Made by a program: the position numbers and the translations under genes
Assembly: GCA_040389905.1 (NCBI GenBank)
Contig: JAZJZK010000031.1
Span: 1-41,255, forward strand
Source: Gemmatimonadota bacterium
GTDB taxonomy: Bacteria > Gemmatimonadota > Gemmatimonadetes > Gemmatimonadales > Gemmatimonadaceae
Direction of reading: 5' to 3'
Length of the DNA stretch: 41,255 nt
The notes under the pieces: generated by a model
The model's database searches: none
What the model saw: the letters and a program-made list of their open reading frames with translations, nothing else
What the model was told of the DNA's origin: nothing
Shown: one piece after another, positions 6,902 to 16,103 of the stretch
How the letters are laid out: every line of letters begins with the position of its first letter
Position numbering within the stretch: position 1 is the first letter of the stretch

Positions 6902-9333
6902 CACGCCGATCTCGGGTGTTGGCAGCGGCACTGCTCGTCTGCCTCGTTGGATTTCCAGGCGCCGCGCAACAACCGGTGGTGAAGTCTCAGCCGGCCCGTG
7001 CGCCGGCGCTCGTCTGGCGCGACATCAACCCCGATTCATCGAGCACGCACGCGGTGCAGATCAATGGCGCCAGCGGCGGCCGCGTGAACGGACTCGCCGC
7101 CGCTTCTGACAAATCAGTCTTCTTCGCGGCATCTGAATGGGGAGGCCTGTACCGAAGTACCGACTCCGGTCGGACGTGGGCGCAGTTGTCCCGTCACTTG
7201 CCGATGGCCACCTGGCAAGTCGCCGTGGATCCGACAAACCCCAGACGCGTTTACGCGACGTCCTTTTTCGATGGCCGCACGAAGAGTCTGGCCGGCATCA
7301 ACGTAAGCACGGATGGCGGCGCCACGTGGGTGCATCCGAAGGTGAGTACGCCCGCACCGGGATTCTGCGACTCGCTCAGCCGCGAACAGAATCCGTCGGC
7401 GTTCGGCATCGCGATCGACAAGTCGAATCCGGCGCGTGTGCTCATCGGCACGAACTGCGGCCTGGCCGAGAGCAAAGACTCGGGCGTGACGTGGAATACG
7501 ATCTATCCTCTCGCGCACGGCGAAGCAGCGGATGTGTGGAGCGTCGTCATTCACGCCGGCATCGTGGACATCTGTGGTGAGGCCGGACACAGCCGATCGA
7601 CGGACGGTGGCAAATCATGGAGCGACGCGGCACGTCTGCCATTGCTCTCCGGGCGCTGCTCGATCACCGCATCACCGCGCGATTCAAACCGCCTCTTCGC
7701 GACGGTCGGTGGTTCGGTCTTCCAATCACGCGATGGGGGTGAGCAGTGGCTCCCCCTGGACAGTGCGTACCGACGGCCGGACAACGGCCCCGGGCGCATC
7801 GCATCGATCGCCGCGAACAATCGGTCGGACTCCACCTTCGATCTCTGGTACGGATACGAAAATCTGTATCGCGGCACCTGCACGCCGTCTCGCTGTCCAC
7901 TGCCGGACACCAGCGGCGTCGGTTGGCATCTTCTGGGGTGGACGAACGGCGCACATCAGGACATCGGTGTCGTGCTGTTCGATCCTGCCGCCCCGACGGA
8001 CGCCTGCCCGATCATGCTCTCGAACGATGGTGGCATCGAGTTGAACACGGTGACAACGAGTCCCGCGTGCCACACCGCGCCGCACTGGATTCAACCAAAC
8101 GTCACCCCGCACGGGCTCTGGTTGCTCAGCATGGATCTCGCAGAGATCATCACACGCGATTCGATCGTGCAGCTCCCGGGCGATAGTGTTGGCGTGAAGA
8201 AGACGAACGACCTGCATAACTATCATCGTGTCGTGTTCGGGACGCAGGATAACGGCGCATTCCAGACGGATCGCGCGAATTCGACAATGCTGTGGTTCAA
8301 TACGGATCCGGCGGATGCGGGAGACGCCCTTTCCGGCACCCGTCTCACACTCAACAGTGTGTGCTGTTATCCGGAGAAACGACTCTTCCTGCGCCATATT
8401 GGTGCGGGCGCCGTCCTGTCCGATACAGCGGCGAGTCGGGTCGTACCGCCGTCGAACAGCGCCGCGCTGAGCATCAACGGCGTCGTCGCCCATGTGCAGT
8501 ATTCGCAGTACGCAGCGCTGACCACTGCCGGCTTGCTCCTCTCGCAGTCGGTGGGGTTGGTGAAGAACAAGAGCGACAGTGTTTGGACGTCGCTCGGATG
8601 GCCGACGATAATTCCCAAGCCCGACACCGGCAGCAGTGCGGGCCTCATGGTCTCGCGTGGCAGCACTGGCCCAGTGTTCTACGTGCGGATTGATTCTGCC
8701 GGCGCGCCGTCGCAACTCTGGACGCTTACGGGCGTGCGATGGCCCGCGAGCGAGGTCGCTGTCAATCCGCAGACCAGATGGCGGCACGTCACGCCACCGA
8801 ACGGCATCGGAGGGTTCGGCGTGGTGACGGTCGACCGCACAAACCCGAACCGGCTCTTTGCCTCTCATGACGTCCCGGATAGCACTCCACGGATGATGCT
8901 ATCCAACGACGCAGGACTCACGTGGACATATCTTCCCTCGCTCGACGCGTGCATGACCGGACACGGAAAGTACTTCTACACGAATGCCCGGGGCCCCACC
9001 GGAATCGGCGCTGGGAAGAACGGCTTCTCCGGCTACTCGCAGCCGACGATGGTTGGGTATGGCGCGCCGACCGACAGTGGCCGGGTCATGTTCGCGGGAG
9101 CGGCAGACGCGGGCATCTTCATGAGCATCGATCGCGGAAAGCATTGGGCAGCCATCACCGATCCAGATCAGACGTCGCTGCTCGGCCTCCCGCATTTGCC
9201 TCGCCCGCTCTTCGTGCAGGCATTCGGAGGAGAAACCAACAGCACTGCCTACTTCGGTACGCAGGGTCGCGGGATATGGCGATTGTTCTATCGCAACCGA
9301 CAGCTCGGTGGAGCAGCGCTGCCTTCCTGTTGA
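6898..9333 (+). CDS. Secreted BNR/Asp-box repeat beta-propeller protein (VPS10/GH74/sialidase-like fold)
   Basis: Signal peptide; repeated S-x-D-x-G-x-x-W boxes (STDSGRTW, STDGGATW, SKDSGVTW, STDGGKSW, SRDGGEQW, SNDAGLTW, SIDRGKHW); N-terminal GGRVNGL and C-terminal GTQGRGIW. Confidence 0.85.
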   Translation: MTRRSRVLAAALLVCLVGFPGAAQQPVVKSQPARAPALVWRDINPDSSSTHAVQINGASGGRVNGLAAASDKSVFFAASEWGGLYRSTDSGRTWAQLSRHLPMATWQVAVDPTNPRRVYATSFFDGRTKSLAGINVSTDGGATWVHPKVSTPAPGFCDSLSREQNPSAFGIAIDKSNPARVLIGTNCGLAESKDSGVTWNTIYPLAHGEAADVWSVVIHAGIVDICGEAGHSRSTDGGKSWSDAARLPLLSGRCSITASPRDSNRLFATVGGSVFQSRDGGEQWLPLDSAYRRPDNGPGRIASIAANNRSDSTFDLWYGYENLYRGTCTPSRCPLPDTSGVGWHLLGWTNGAHQDIGVVLFDPAAPTDACPIMLSNDGGIELNTVTTSPACHTAPHWIQPNVTPHGLWLLSMDLAEIITRDSIVQLPGDSVGVKKTNDLHNYHRVVFGTQDNGAFQTDRANSTMLWFNTDPADAGDALSGTRLTLNSVCCYPEKRLFLRHIGAGAVLSDTAASRVVPPSNSAALSINGVVAHVQYSQYAALTTAGLLLSQSVGLVKNKSDSVWTSLGWPTIIPKPDTGSSAGLMVSRGSTGPVFYVRIDSAGAPSQLWTLTGVRWPASEVAVNPQTRWRHVTPPNGIGGFGVVTVDRTNPNRLFASHDVPDSTPRMMLSNDAGLTWTYLPSLDACMTGHGKYFYTNARGPTGIGAGKNGFSGYSQPTMVGYGAPTDSGRVMFAGAADAGIFMSIDRGKHWAAITDPDQTSLLGLPHLPRPLFVQAFGGETNSTAYFGTQGRGIWRLFYRNRQLGGAALPSC

Positions 9334-9444
9334 CGCCTTGCGGTCGAGCCGGTCACGTCGCACGTTCCCGCGTACAATAACGAACGCTGGTCGTGCCGCG
9401 GCTGGCGCGACGGCCCACCGCCGGCATCGCCGGCAGGAGCGCAC

Positions 9445-9735
9445 ATGGTACCGCCTCCCTCCGCTGCACCGCTGGAAATCGGCGATTTGCTCGCCGGTGA
9501 CATAGCCACCGAATTGTGGAACAGCACGGACAGGAGCAGGGGAATGCACAGCAGCCCTCGTGCGGAGGATGCGCCGGCGTCCACACCGCCTGGGTCGCCG
9601 GTGTCGCCTGTGCCATGTCCGGTGTCACCGTTCCCCTGCGGAAGCTCGGACGGATGCTCTCCCGAGCCATGTCCTGTCTCTCCTGTCCCCTGCCCTATAT
9701 CGCCCTTCCCATGCGGGAGCACGGACGGCTGCTGA
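9445..9735 (+). CDS. Putative lanthipeptide-type RiPP precursor (96 aa) with duplicated Ser/Pro/Cys core
   Basis: AGGAG RBS at 9435-9439; acidic Cys-free leader; core SPVPC-PV-SPFPC-G-SSDGC-SPEPC-PV-SPVPC-PI-SPFPC-G-STDGC; directly upstream of the kinase/lyase/LanC genes. Confidence 0.85.
   Translation: MVPPPSAAPLEIGDLLAGDIATELWNSTDRSRGMHSSPRAEDAPASTPPGSPVSPVPCPVSPFPCGSSDGCSPEPCPVSPVPCPISPFPCGSTDGC
9604..9732 (+). repeat. Two diverged 54-nt coding repeats (9604-9657 and 9679-9732)
   Basis: Of 18 codons, 6 are identical, 10 differ synonymously and 2 differ conservatively (V/I, S/T). Confidence 0.9.
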
Positions 9736-9788
9736 GCGTTCCCACCCCGTAGCTTGAGTCGCTGTTCCACTCGGATTGCGCGCATCAG

Positions 9789-10859
9789 GTGAACCCCGAA
9801 GAGGTGATTGCATACCTGCTCGAGGTTCAACTTCTCGATGCGCGCGATTTCGTGTGTGGCGCAATCCGAGCCCAGGATCGCAGCGCACGCCATCGCGGCG
9901 TGTCCGTCGAGACCACAACTCGGCCGGGGTATTTCGTCAAGCACTCGCCACCCGGCGACGTTATCGGGACGCTGGATTCGGAGGCGACATTCTACCGGTT
10001 GGCGAACGGCGAAGGGCGCCTCAGCGCGCTCAGGCCGTTTGTTCCCGCGTTTCATCGTTATGACGCGGCGCGAAGGACTCTCGTCATCGAGCTCGCGTCC
10101 AATGCCGAACCGGCGCGGGGTGGTGAGCGCCGCGCATTTTCCATCGCACGAATCTCGCAACCGCTGGCGCACGCTCTCGCGGCTTGTCATTCCGCTGGGA
10201 CTGAGGACGATCAAGCGACACGCGCGACGTTCAGCCGGATGTTACCGTGGGCATTTCACATCGCGTTCCCGTCGGCCGCCATCTTTCGCGATGTGGGCCC
10301 CCTCCAGCTGGATGTCATCAAGCTCATTCAGCGCCAGCCCGATGTGATCGAGCGCTTTCGCTGGCTGCGCCGCGAGTGGAAGTGGAGCACGTTCACACAT
10401 GGCGATGTTCGCTGGTCCAACGTGCTCGTTGACGACAATGACGCTATTCGCCTGATCGACTGGGAGACGGCAGGAATCGGCGATCCGGCCTGGGACATCG
10501 CGTGCGCATTCGAAGGATGGTTCTCACGCGCGCTCGAGACGCTCCCGTTGCGAGAGAACGACGGTCCACGAGAGGCATCCGACGCGTTCGCGCAGATTCT
10601 CCCATCGCTGCAGGAACAAACGCGGCAACTGTGGCTTGCGTACGCGAACGCACGAGCCTTGTCGCAGGAGGAGCGCCGTACACTGCTCGAATGCGCCACC
10701 GCACTGGTAGGTGCTCGGCTGATACAGTCGGCCTATGAGTGGGCGCGTGGTCGCCCGCAGTTGTCACCATTCATTCTTCTGTCTGTCCAACTCGGCGTGA
10801 ACCTCTTGCGACAGTCACCGGCGCAACGCGCTACCGTGCTCGGACTCTCGGCCGCGTGA
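9789..10859 (+). CDS. APH-family phosphotransferase, LanK-like kinase
   Basis: YFVK lysine, HGDVRWSNVL, IRLIDWE.AG.GDPAWD motifs; coupled to the HopA1-like gene. Confidence 0.88.
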   Translation: MNPEEVIAYLLEVQLLDARDFVCGAIRAQDRSARHRGVSVETTTRPGYFVKHSPPGDVIGTLDSEATFYRLANGEGRLSALRPFVPAFHRYDAARRTLVIELASNAEPARGGERRAFSIARISQPLAHALAACHSAGTEDDQATRATFSRMLPWAFHIAFPSAAIFRDVGPLQLDVIKLIQRQPDVIERFRWLRREWKWSTFTHGDVRWSNVLVDDNDAIRLIDWETAGIGDPAWDIACAFEGWFSRALETLPLRENDGPREASDAFAQILPSLQEQTRQLWLAYANARALSQEERRTLLECATALVGARLIQSAYEWARGRPQLSPFILLSVQLGVNLLRQSPAQRATVLGLSAA

Positions 10860-11782
10860 CCTCAGCATCTCCGCAGCCGACGCCCATCGAAGCTCTCGAG
10901 CCCATCGTCGAGCGAATGCGGCGTGCCGACTGGGTACATGCCGAGGACGCTGAGCACCGGCTGGCGCAGTTGATCTATCAGGTCTGTCACGGACGCCAGC
11001 AGATACCCGAACGGGCGACGCGTGCGTTGCCTGCCGATGCGTTAATGGACCGTGAGTTCGCCGCCGGGCTGTCGCGAGCCAACGGCGGTATTGGGCCGCG
11101 CCATGACAGTTGGACGGTACGCACGATCGAGGATGATGGGCGCCTTGCGGTGGAGCTCGATGGCTTGATGCTATGGATCGACGGACAGGCAGGAGCGTCG
11201 GTCGGGGATCGTGTCGCTGTGCGTCTTCCGAAGGAGTATCGCAACCTGTATCCCGGGCATTACGTGGCGATCGGCGATGCGGACCGCGGAACGCGAGCGA
11301 ATCCGGTGCGCATCTACTGGAACATCGGCTCGGAGGGAGCACCGGTTCTGTTGGAGGCGGTCACGCGGACGTTCAACGCACGAAACATTGCCTTTCGATT
11401 CAAGTTGTTGAGTTCACCGCGTGCCTACACGCGCGCCGACGCGGCGATCCTCTATCTGCCCGCATTTCACAGAGCGGAGGGCGCTGAGCTGGTTCGACAG
11501 GTGTATCGCGACGTGCGATCGATCATGCGCACGCCGAATTCAGCCTTCGTCCTGGCTCTCGCGCCCGGCTTAGGGCTGGCGGAAGATCCCATGGATGGTT
11601 CGAGCTTTGGCCTGCATCGAAGCCGCCTGATCGCGTCCATGCTCATTGCGGCCGTGCACCACGAAGAACCGCTTTCCGAAATTGCCAGCGGTCTCGAAGG
11701 CGCTGGCTACGACCTTCGGCATTTTTACCGGAACCCGGGATCGAGCGCACGCTACGACGACTTTGTCGTGGACGACGTCTGA
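10856..11782 (+). CDS. HopA1-family protein, LanY-like phospho-Ser/Thr lyase
   Basis: VRLPKEYRNLYPGHY, VRIYWNI, FRFKLL, RADAAILY, LAPGLGLAEDP..GSSFGLHR; GTGA start/stop overlap with the kinase gene. Confidence 0.88.
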   Translation: MTSASPQPTPIEALEPIVERMRRADWVHAEDAEHRLAQLIYQVCHGRQQIPERATRALPADALMDREFAAGLSRANGGIGPRHDSWTVRTIEDDGRLAVELDGLMLWIDGQAGASVGDRVAVRLPKEYRNLYPGHYVAIGDADRGTRANPVRIYWNIGSEGAPVLLEAVTRTFNARNIAFRFKLLSSPRAYTRADAAILYLPAFHRAEGAELVRQVYRDVRSIMRTPNSAFVLALAPGLGLAEDPMDGSSFGLHRSRLIASMLIAAVHHEEPLSEIASGLEGAGYDLRHFYRNPGSSARYDDFVVDDV

Positions 11783-11783
11783 C

Positions 11784-13046
11784 ATGTCGAGTCCCGCTGA
11801 ACGCTGGCTCCGTATCGCAGAGGAGATTGCGGAGTCGTTGTGCGCTTCCGCGTACCGGTTCCACGGTGAATGTACATGGATGGGATCGGTGCAGCGCGGC
11901 GGCGGCGCCATCGGCGGAAACTCGATCTTCACCTATGAGACCCTGCCGCCCGATCTGTACAACGGAGCCAGCGGGATCGGACTGTTTCTCGCCGAAATGT
12001 TCCGGCACACGAAGCATGGGCAGATGCGAACGATCGCGCTCGAGGCACTCCGCTTCAGCGCCGCGCGGCTCGATCAGATTCCTGCTCGCTTTCGCGCGGG
12101 CTTCTACACGGGACGAGTCGGAATCGCGTATGCACTCGTGCAGGGAGGTACGCTACTCGACGAGCCTGCCCTGATCGCGGATGCACACCGAATCCTGGAC
12201 GTCATAGCCGCCGACGAAGGCGATGGGATACTTCTCGATATCATCTCCGGCGCAGCCGGGGCAATCGCACCGCTGCTTGCGATGTCCTCATCCTTGGCGC
12301 GCGATGATCTCTTCGCGCTGTCGGAAGTTTTCGGACGGATGATCATCGTGGCGGCGCATCGCGGGGATACCGGCTGGTCCTGGGGCGACGACGCGACGGG
12401 GTTTCACGCTCAGCGTCCGCTCGCGGGATATGGTCACGGCGCCGCTGGGCTCGGACTCGGATTGATGGAGCTCTTCGCCGTTACGGGTGAAGAGGAATAT
12501 CGAGTCGGCGCCCTCAGTGCGTTCGGATACGAGAATGCCCTTTTCAGTTCCTCACGCGGCAATTGGCCCGACCTCCGCTATTCCGCCGACAGCAGTGACA
12601 ACGGGCACTTTGGCGTGGCGTGGTGCCTCGGCGCACAGGGCATTGGCATGAGCCGCTTGCGCGCGATGGCACTCGATCCGCTCACCGCGCAGCACGTCGC
12701 TGACGCGGAGGCGGCGATTGGCGCCGTTCAGCGACAGTTCCACAACACCATCCATCCCGGGAGCTCGGATTTTTCCCTCTGTCATGGCTTCGCAGGCGAT
12801 GGTGATTTTGCACTTCAGGCGGCTGACGCGCTTGAGCGTGAGGATGTGCGGCGCCTTGCACACGCGATCGCGGAGAGTGGCGCCGTGGCGAATGGCGGCA
12901 GCCCTACGCGCTGGCACTGCGGACTCCAGCGCGGAAGCAATCCGTCGCTCATGCTCGGCCTTGCAGGGATTGGGCACTTCTACCTTCGCCTTGCTGATCC
13001 GTCGGTGCCATCTGTGCTGCTCGTGACGCCTGAGCTCAATCGCTAA
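11784..13046 (+). CDS. lanC: Stand-alone LanC-like lanthionine cyclase
   Basis: DLYNGASG, GFYTGRVG, DIISGAAG, GYGHGAAG, NWPDLR, WCLG and LCHG (zinc-ligand Cys, Cys and His retained), SLMLGLAGIG; ATG at 11784. Confidence 0.92.
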   Translation: MSSPAERWLRIAEEIAESLCASAYRFHGECTWMGSVQRGGGAIGGNSIFTYETLPPDLYNGASGIGLFLAEMFRHTKHGQMRTIALEALRFSAARLDQIPARFRAGFYTGRVGIAYALVQGGTLLDEPALIADAHRILDVIAADEGDGILLDIISGAAGAIAPLLAMSSSLARDDLFALSEVFGRMIIVAAHRGDTGWSWGDDATGFHAQRPLAGYGHGAAGLGLGLMELFAVTGEEEYRVGALSAFGYENALFSSSRGNWPDLRYSADSSDNGHFGVAWCLGAQGIGMSRLRAMALDPLTAQHVADAEAAIGAVQRQFHNTIHPGSSDFSLCHGFAGDGDFALQAADALEREDVRRLAHAIAESGAVANGGSPTRWHCGLQRGSNPSLMLGLAGIGHFYLRLADPSVPSVLLVTPELNR

Positions 13047-13099
13047 CGTCTGCGGGGGTCATCCCGAGCTCGCTCGGGGTGACAGACGTTAGCGTTGAG
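13035..13099. terminator. Long palindrome between convergent genes (REP-derived, probable bidirectional terminator)
   Basis: CGCTAACGTCTG...CAGACGTTAGCG encloses GTCATCCCGAGC/GCTCGGGGTGAC; both TAA stops lie symmetrically in the stem. Confidence 0.6.
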
Positions 13100-16043
13100 G
13101 CGGGGCACCAAGCCGCTGCAAGCCTGCGAGCGCCTCGCGAACCGCGGGCTGAAGCTGCTCGTCAGCACTCTTCCAGACGGCCGCAACATAAGTGTACGCG
13201 CTGATCGCATCGTCACGACGCCCAAGGCGCTCTGCGACACGACCACGCTCGAGCCGCCACCGTACACCGATGGGATTGTAGATATTCGGAATGTCATCGA
13301 GGATTTTCCACGCCTCCCCAAGGCGACCGCGCTGCGAAAGCAGAATCGCTGCCTGCAGCGGCTCGTAGGGGCAGAATGGAATGATGCAATCCGTTGGGCC
13401 GAGAGCGAGTAGCGCAGTGAGAGCGTTGGCGGTGTCACCGCGCGCAAGCGTGAGGTACGCACGCGATGCGGCGCCGAGATGACGCGAGTAGCGCGCCGCG
13501 TTGTTTCCGGGCGCGCTTTTCGCCGCGTCGGCTTCGGCGCGCTCGGCGACTGCGCGAAGTGCTGCCGTGTCGTGATGCTCACTCCACCACGGCAGCGCGA
13601 AGATCGATCCCGTTGGTCCCGCTCCCGCTTTGCGGCTCAGACTATCGAAGAAGACTGCACCCTCTCGGCGGGGCAGTGCGTTCATCATGACGAGACTCGC
13701 CTTCAGGAGCTGTGTCACCCATCCCGCTTCGAACTGAGGACTCAGCGCGTACGCTTCTCGGAGGTGACCACGAAACGCGAGAGGATACGCTAGCTGGAAT
13801 GCTGTGAACTTCGGCTCGGCGTATCGTGGAATGCTCGTCCGTCGGCCAGGGCCCAGCAGCCGCGCCAGCCGCACCGCTGATTCGCCAGAGTCCGGCCAGT
13901 AGCTTACGACGTCGATAGCGTGGACGAGAATCTCACCCGACGCAGTGTCCAACACCGACTGTATTTTGGCAGCTGGCGTCCGCTCGTCGAGAAGCTGTGA
14001 CGCAAGACGCAACCCATCCCCGTGAACGTCGGTGGGGTTCAGGGCGAGATACGCACGGAGATAGCGGCGAGCAGCATCCGTACTGCCGGTCGCCATCGCG
14101 AGATACACGGCATCGAGGTACGGTGGCGCGAATCCGGAATCGATGGCGATTGCGCGGTCGAGCGCTTTCAGGGCACCGCGCACTTTCATCGACAGAATTG
14201 CTCGCGCGTTGCCCAGCGAATACCATAGCTCGCGATCGTCAGGATACTGCGTCGTGGCGGCGTCGAGTGTTTGGAACAGGTCGCGCACATGTTGCGGGTA
14301 GTCACGGTCGGCGAACCCGCTGTTCACGACCGATTTGAGCCCCTCGGCGTGAACGAGCAAGCTCTCACGCGGAGCCAGACCGTGGTTCAGCGCCGCCGCG
14401 CGTTGCGCATACTGACGCGCAAGCGCGTCATCCGGATATCGCTGCCAACCCGCGACCATGCTCATGCGGAGATACGCCAGCGCCATCGTCGAATCGAGAT
14501 CCACAGCGCGCTGGTAATACACCATCGCCGAGTCCCACGCAGTACGCCTGAAGTAGTGCTCGCCCTGGAGAAACGCCTTGAGCGCCGGCAGCGGCGTCGA
14601 TCGCGCCGCCACCATCCGCGCCTCGGCCATCCGTTGCGATTGCCCCAAAAGCCGCAGGACCTCGAGAGTGAGCCGCTCCGCGAGCCGCCCGATCTGCACG
14701 GTCTCCTCGGTGAGATGCACCTCGCCCAGCGGCTGCGATCCAGCCACGTCGTACACGGTGGCCGTGAGACTCACCGAGTCGGCGCCGGAGCGAAGCAGTG
14801 TACCCGATACCGCCGATGCGGCACCCGTACTCCGTCCCAGATCGCGGATGGCGCGCGGATCATTCGCACCCTTCCAGCTTTGATTGATGACGGTCATCGA
14901 GACCGAACGCAGTGGCCCCGCACCGTCGAGGTTCCGAGCAACGACTTCGGCTAGCCCTTCGCGCCACACCTCGAGCTGCGGCTCGGGGGCAGCGAACGGC
15001 GCAACGGCCACGAGATTCTTGTCGAGCGAGTCACCTGCCGCGGCCCCGCCGATGCGCCCCCACGCCTGCCATGCCGCCACGGCGAGTGCTGTCGCGACGA
15101 CTGCGCCGGCGAACACCAATCGGCGGCGCGATGTGCTTCCGGCATCCGCCTCAGGCTGATGCACGGCGCTGGTCCGATCACGCACCGCTGCGGCCTCGGC
15201 AACAAATTCTTTCACCGAGGGAAAGCGCTCGCCAGGCGACTTCGCAAGCGCTCGAATGATTGCCGCCGCAACGCGCTCGGGGACCTCCGGCCGGAATGTC
15301 TTGGCATTCGGCGGTGGCGCAGTGACGTGCTGAGCGAGCAATGCCTGAAAGGTGGGACCCTCGTACGGATGCCGCCCCGTGAGCATCTCGAAGAGCACGC
15401 ATGCCAATCCATATTGGTCCGAACTGGCGTCGACTTCACCCGCACCGAGCGCCTGTTCTGGGCTCATGTAGTACGGCGTGCCGAGTCCGGCGTGCTCTGA
15501 GGTGAGCTCGAGTGCACCGGGCGTCGGTTCGAGCGCGCGGGCAAGGCCGAAGTCGGCCACAACTGCGAGTCCGCCGGACAACAGCACATTCGCCGGCTTG
15601 ATATCGCGATGTACGACGCCGCGGTCATGCGCATGCTGCAGGGCGGCGGCGATCTCACGCGCGAGCCGGTATGCGTCGCTGAGGGGTAGCCGGCCTTCCC
15701 GCTCGAGGCGGTGTGCGAGCGTCTCACCTTCGACGAACGGCATCACATAGTACAGCAGCCCCTGCTCGGAGCCAGACGTGAACACCGGTAGAATGTTCGG
15801 GTGCGTGAGCCCGGCCGCGATGAGGATCTCGCGAAGGAAACGATCCGAGTTGACCGTGCTTGCGAGCTCCTGCCGGAGCACCTTTACGGCGACAGACCGC
15901 TCATGTTTGACGTCACGCGCAAGAAAGACGGTTGCTTGCGCGCCAGCGCCGATCTCGTCGCCGAGGATATACCCGTCGCCGAGGGCGGCGGAGACGCGGG
16001 ACGCAAGCGAAGGAAGGGAGGCGTCACCCAAGGGGGAATGCAC
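13089..16043 (-). CDS. Hanks-type Ser/Thr protein kinase with TM segment and TPR-like C-terminal region
   Basis: GAGAQATV, VAVK, HRDIKPAN, DFG, GTPYYMSPEQ; hydrophobic segment followed by helical repeats. Confidence 0.93.
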   Translation of the reverse strand: MHSPLGDASLPSLASRVSAALGDGYILGDEIGAGAQATVFLARDVKHERSVAVKVLRQELASTVNSDRFLREILIAAGLTHPNILPVFTSGSEQGLLYYVMPFVEGETLAHRLEREGRLPLSDAYRLAREIAAALQHAHDRGVVHRDIKPANVLLSGGLAVVADFGLARALEPTPGALELTSEHAGLGTPYYMSPEQALGAGEVDASSDQYGLACVLFEMLTGRHPYEGPTFQALLAQHVTAPPPNAKTFRPEVPERVAAAIIRALAKSPGERFPSVKEFVAEAAAVRDRTSAVHQPEADAGSTSRRRLVFAGAVVATALAVAAWQAWGRIGGAAAGDSLDKNLVAVAPFAAPEPQLEVWREGLAEVVARNLDGAGPLRSVSMTVINQSWKGANDPRAIRDLGRSTGAASAVSGTLLRSGADSVSLTATVYDVAGSQPLGEVHLTEETVQIGRLAERLTLEVLRLLGQSQRMAEARMVAARSTPLPALKAFLQGEHYFRRTAWDSAMVYYQRAVDLDSTMALAYLRMSMVAGWQRYPDDALARQYAQRAAALNHGLAPRESLLVHAEGLKSVVNSGFADRDYPQHVRDLFQTLDAATTQYPDDRELWYSLGNARAILSMKVRGALKALDRAIAIDSGFAPPYLDAVYLAMATGSTDAARRYLRAYLALNPTDVHGDGLRLASQLLDERTPAAKIQSVLDTASGEILVHAIDVVSYWPDSGESAVRLARLLGPGRRTSIPRYAEPKFTAFQLAYPLAFRGHLREAYALSPQFEAGWVTQLLKASLVMMNALPRREGAVFFDSLSRKAGAGPTGSIFALPWWSEHHDTAALRAVAERAEADAAKSAPGNNAARYSRHLGAASRAYLTLARGDTANALTALLALGPTDCIIPFCPYEPLQAAILLSQRGRLGEAWKILDDIPNIYNPIGVRWRLERGRVAERLGRRDDAISAYTYVAAVWKSADEQLQPAVREALAGLQRLGAPPQR

Positions 16044-16103
16044 GACGCAACAATACGATGCCGACGAGAGACCGTCCAGAATGCAGAGGTGCTCGCCCTG
16101 CCG

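Noticed and set aside
9373..9378. TACAAT as the -10 box of a precursor promoter
   Set aside because: No properly spaced -35 element; cannot be supported from sequence alone.
9516..9752. Alternative Cys-containing 78-aa ORF as the RiPP precursor
   Set aside because: The DNA repeat preserves amino acids only in the 9445 frame, which also has the RBS and the regular SxxxC pattern.
13041..13094. CGCTAAC...GTTAGCG as an attC closing a giant cassette that would contain the RiPP locus
   Set aside because: It is only 54 bp, the spacer is fully paired, it does not resemble the local attC family, its interior matches repeat family A, and the TAAC/GTTA ends coincide with the two convergent stop codons.
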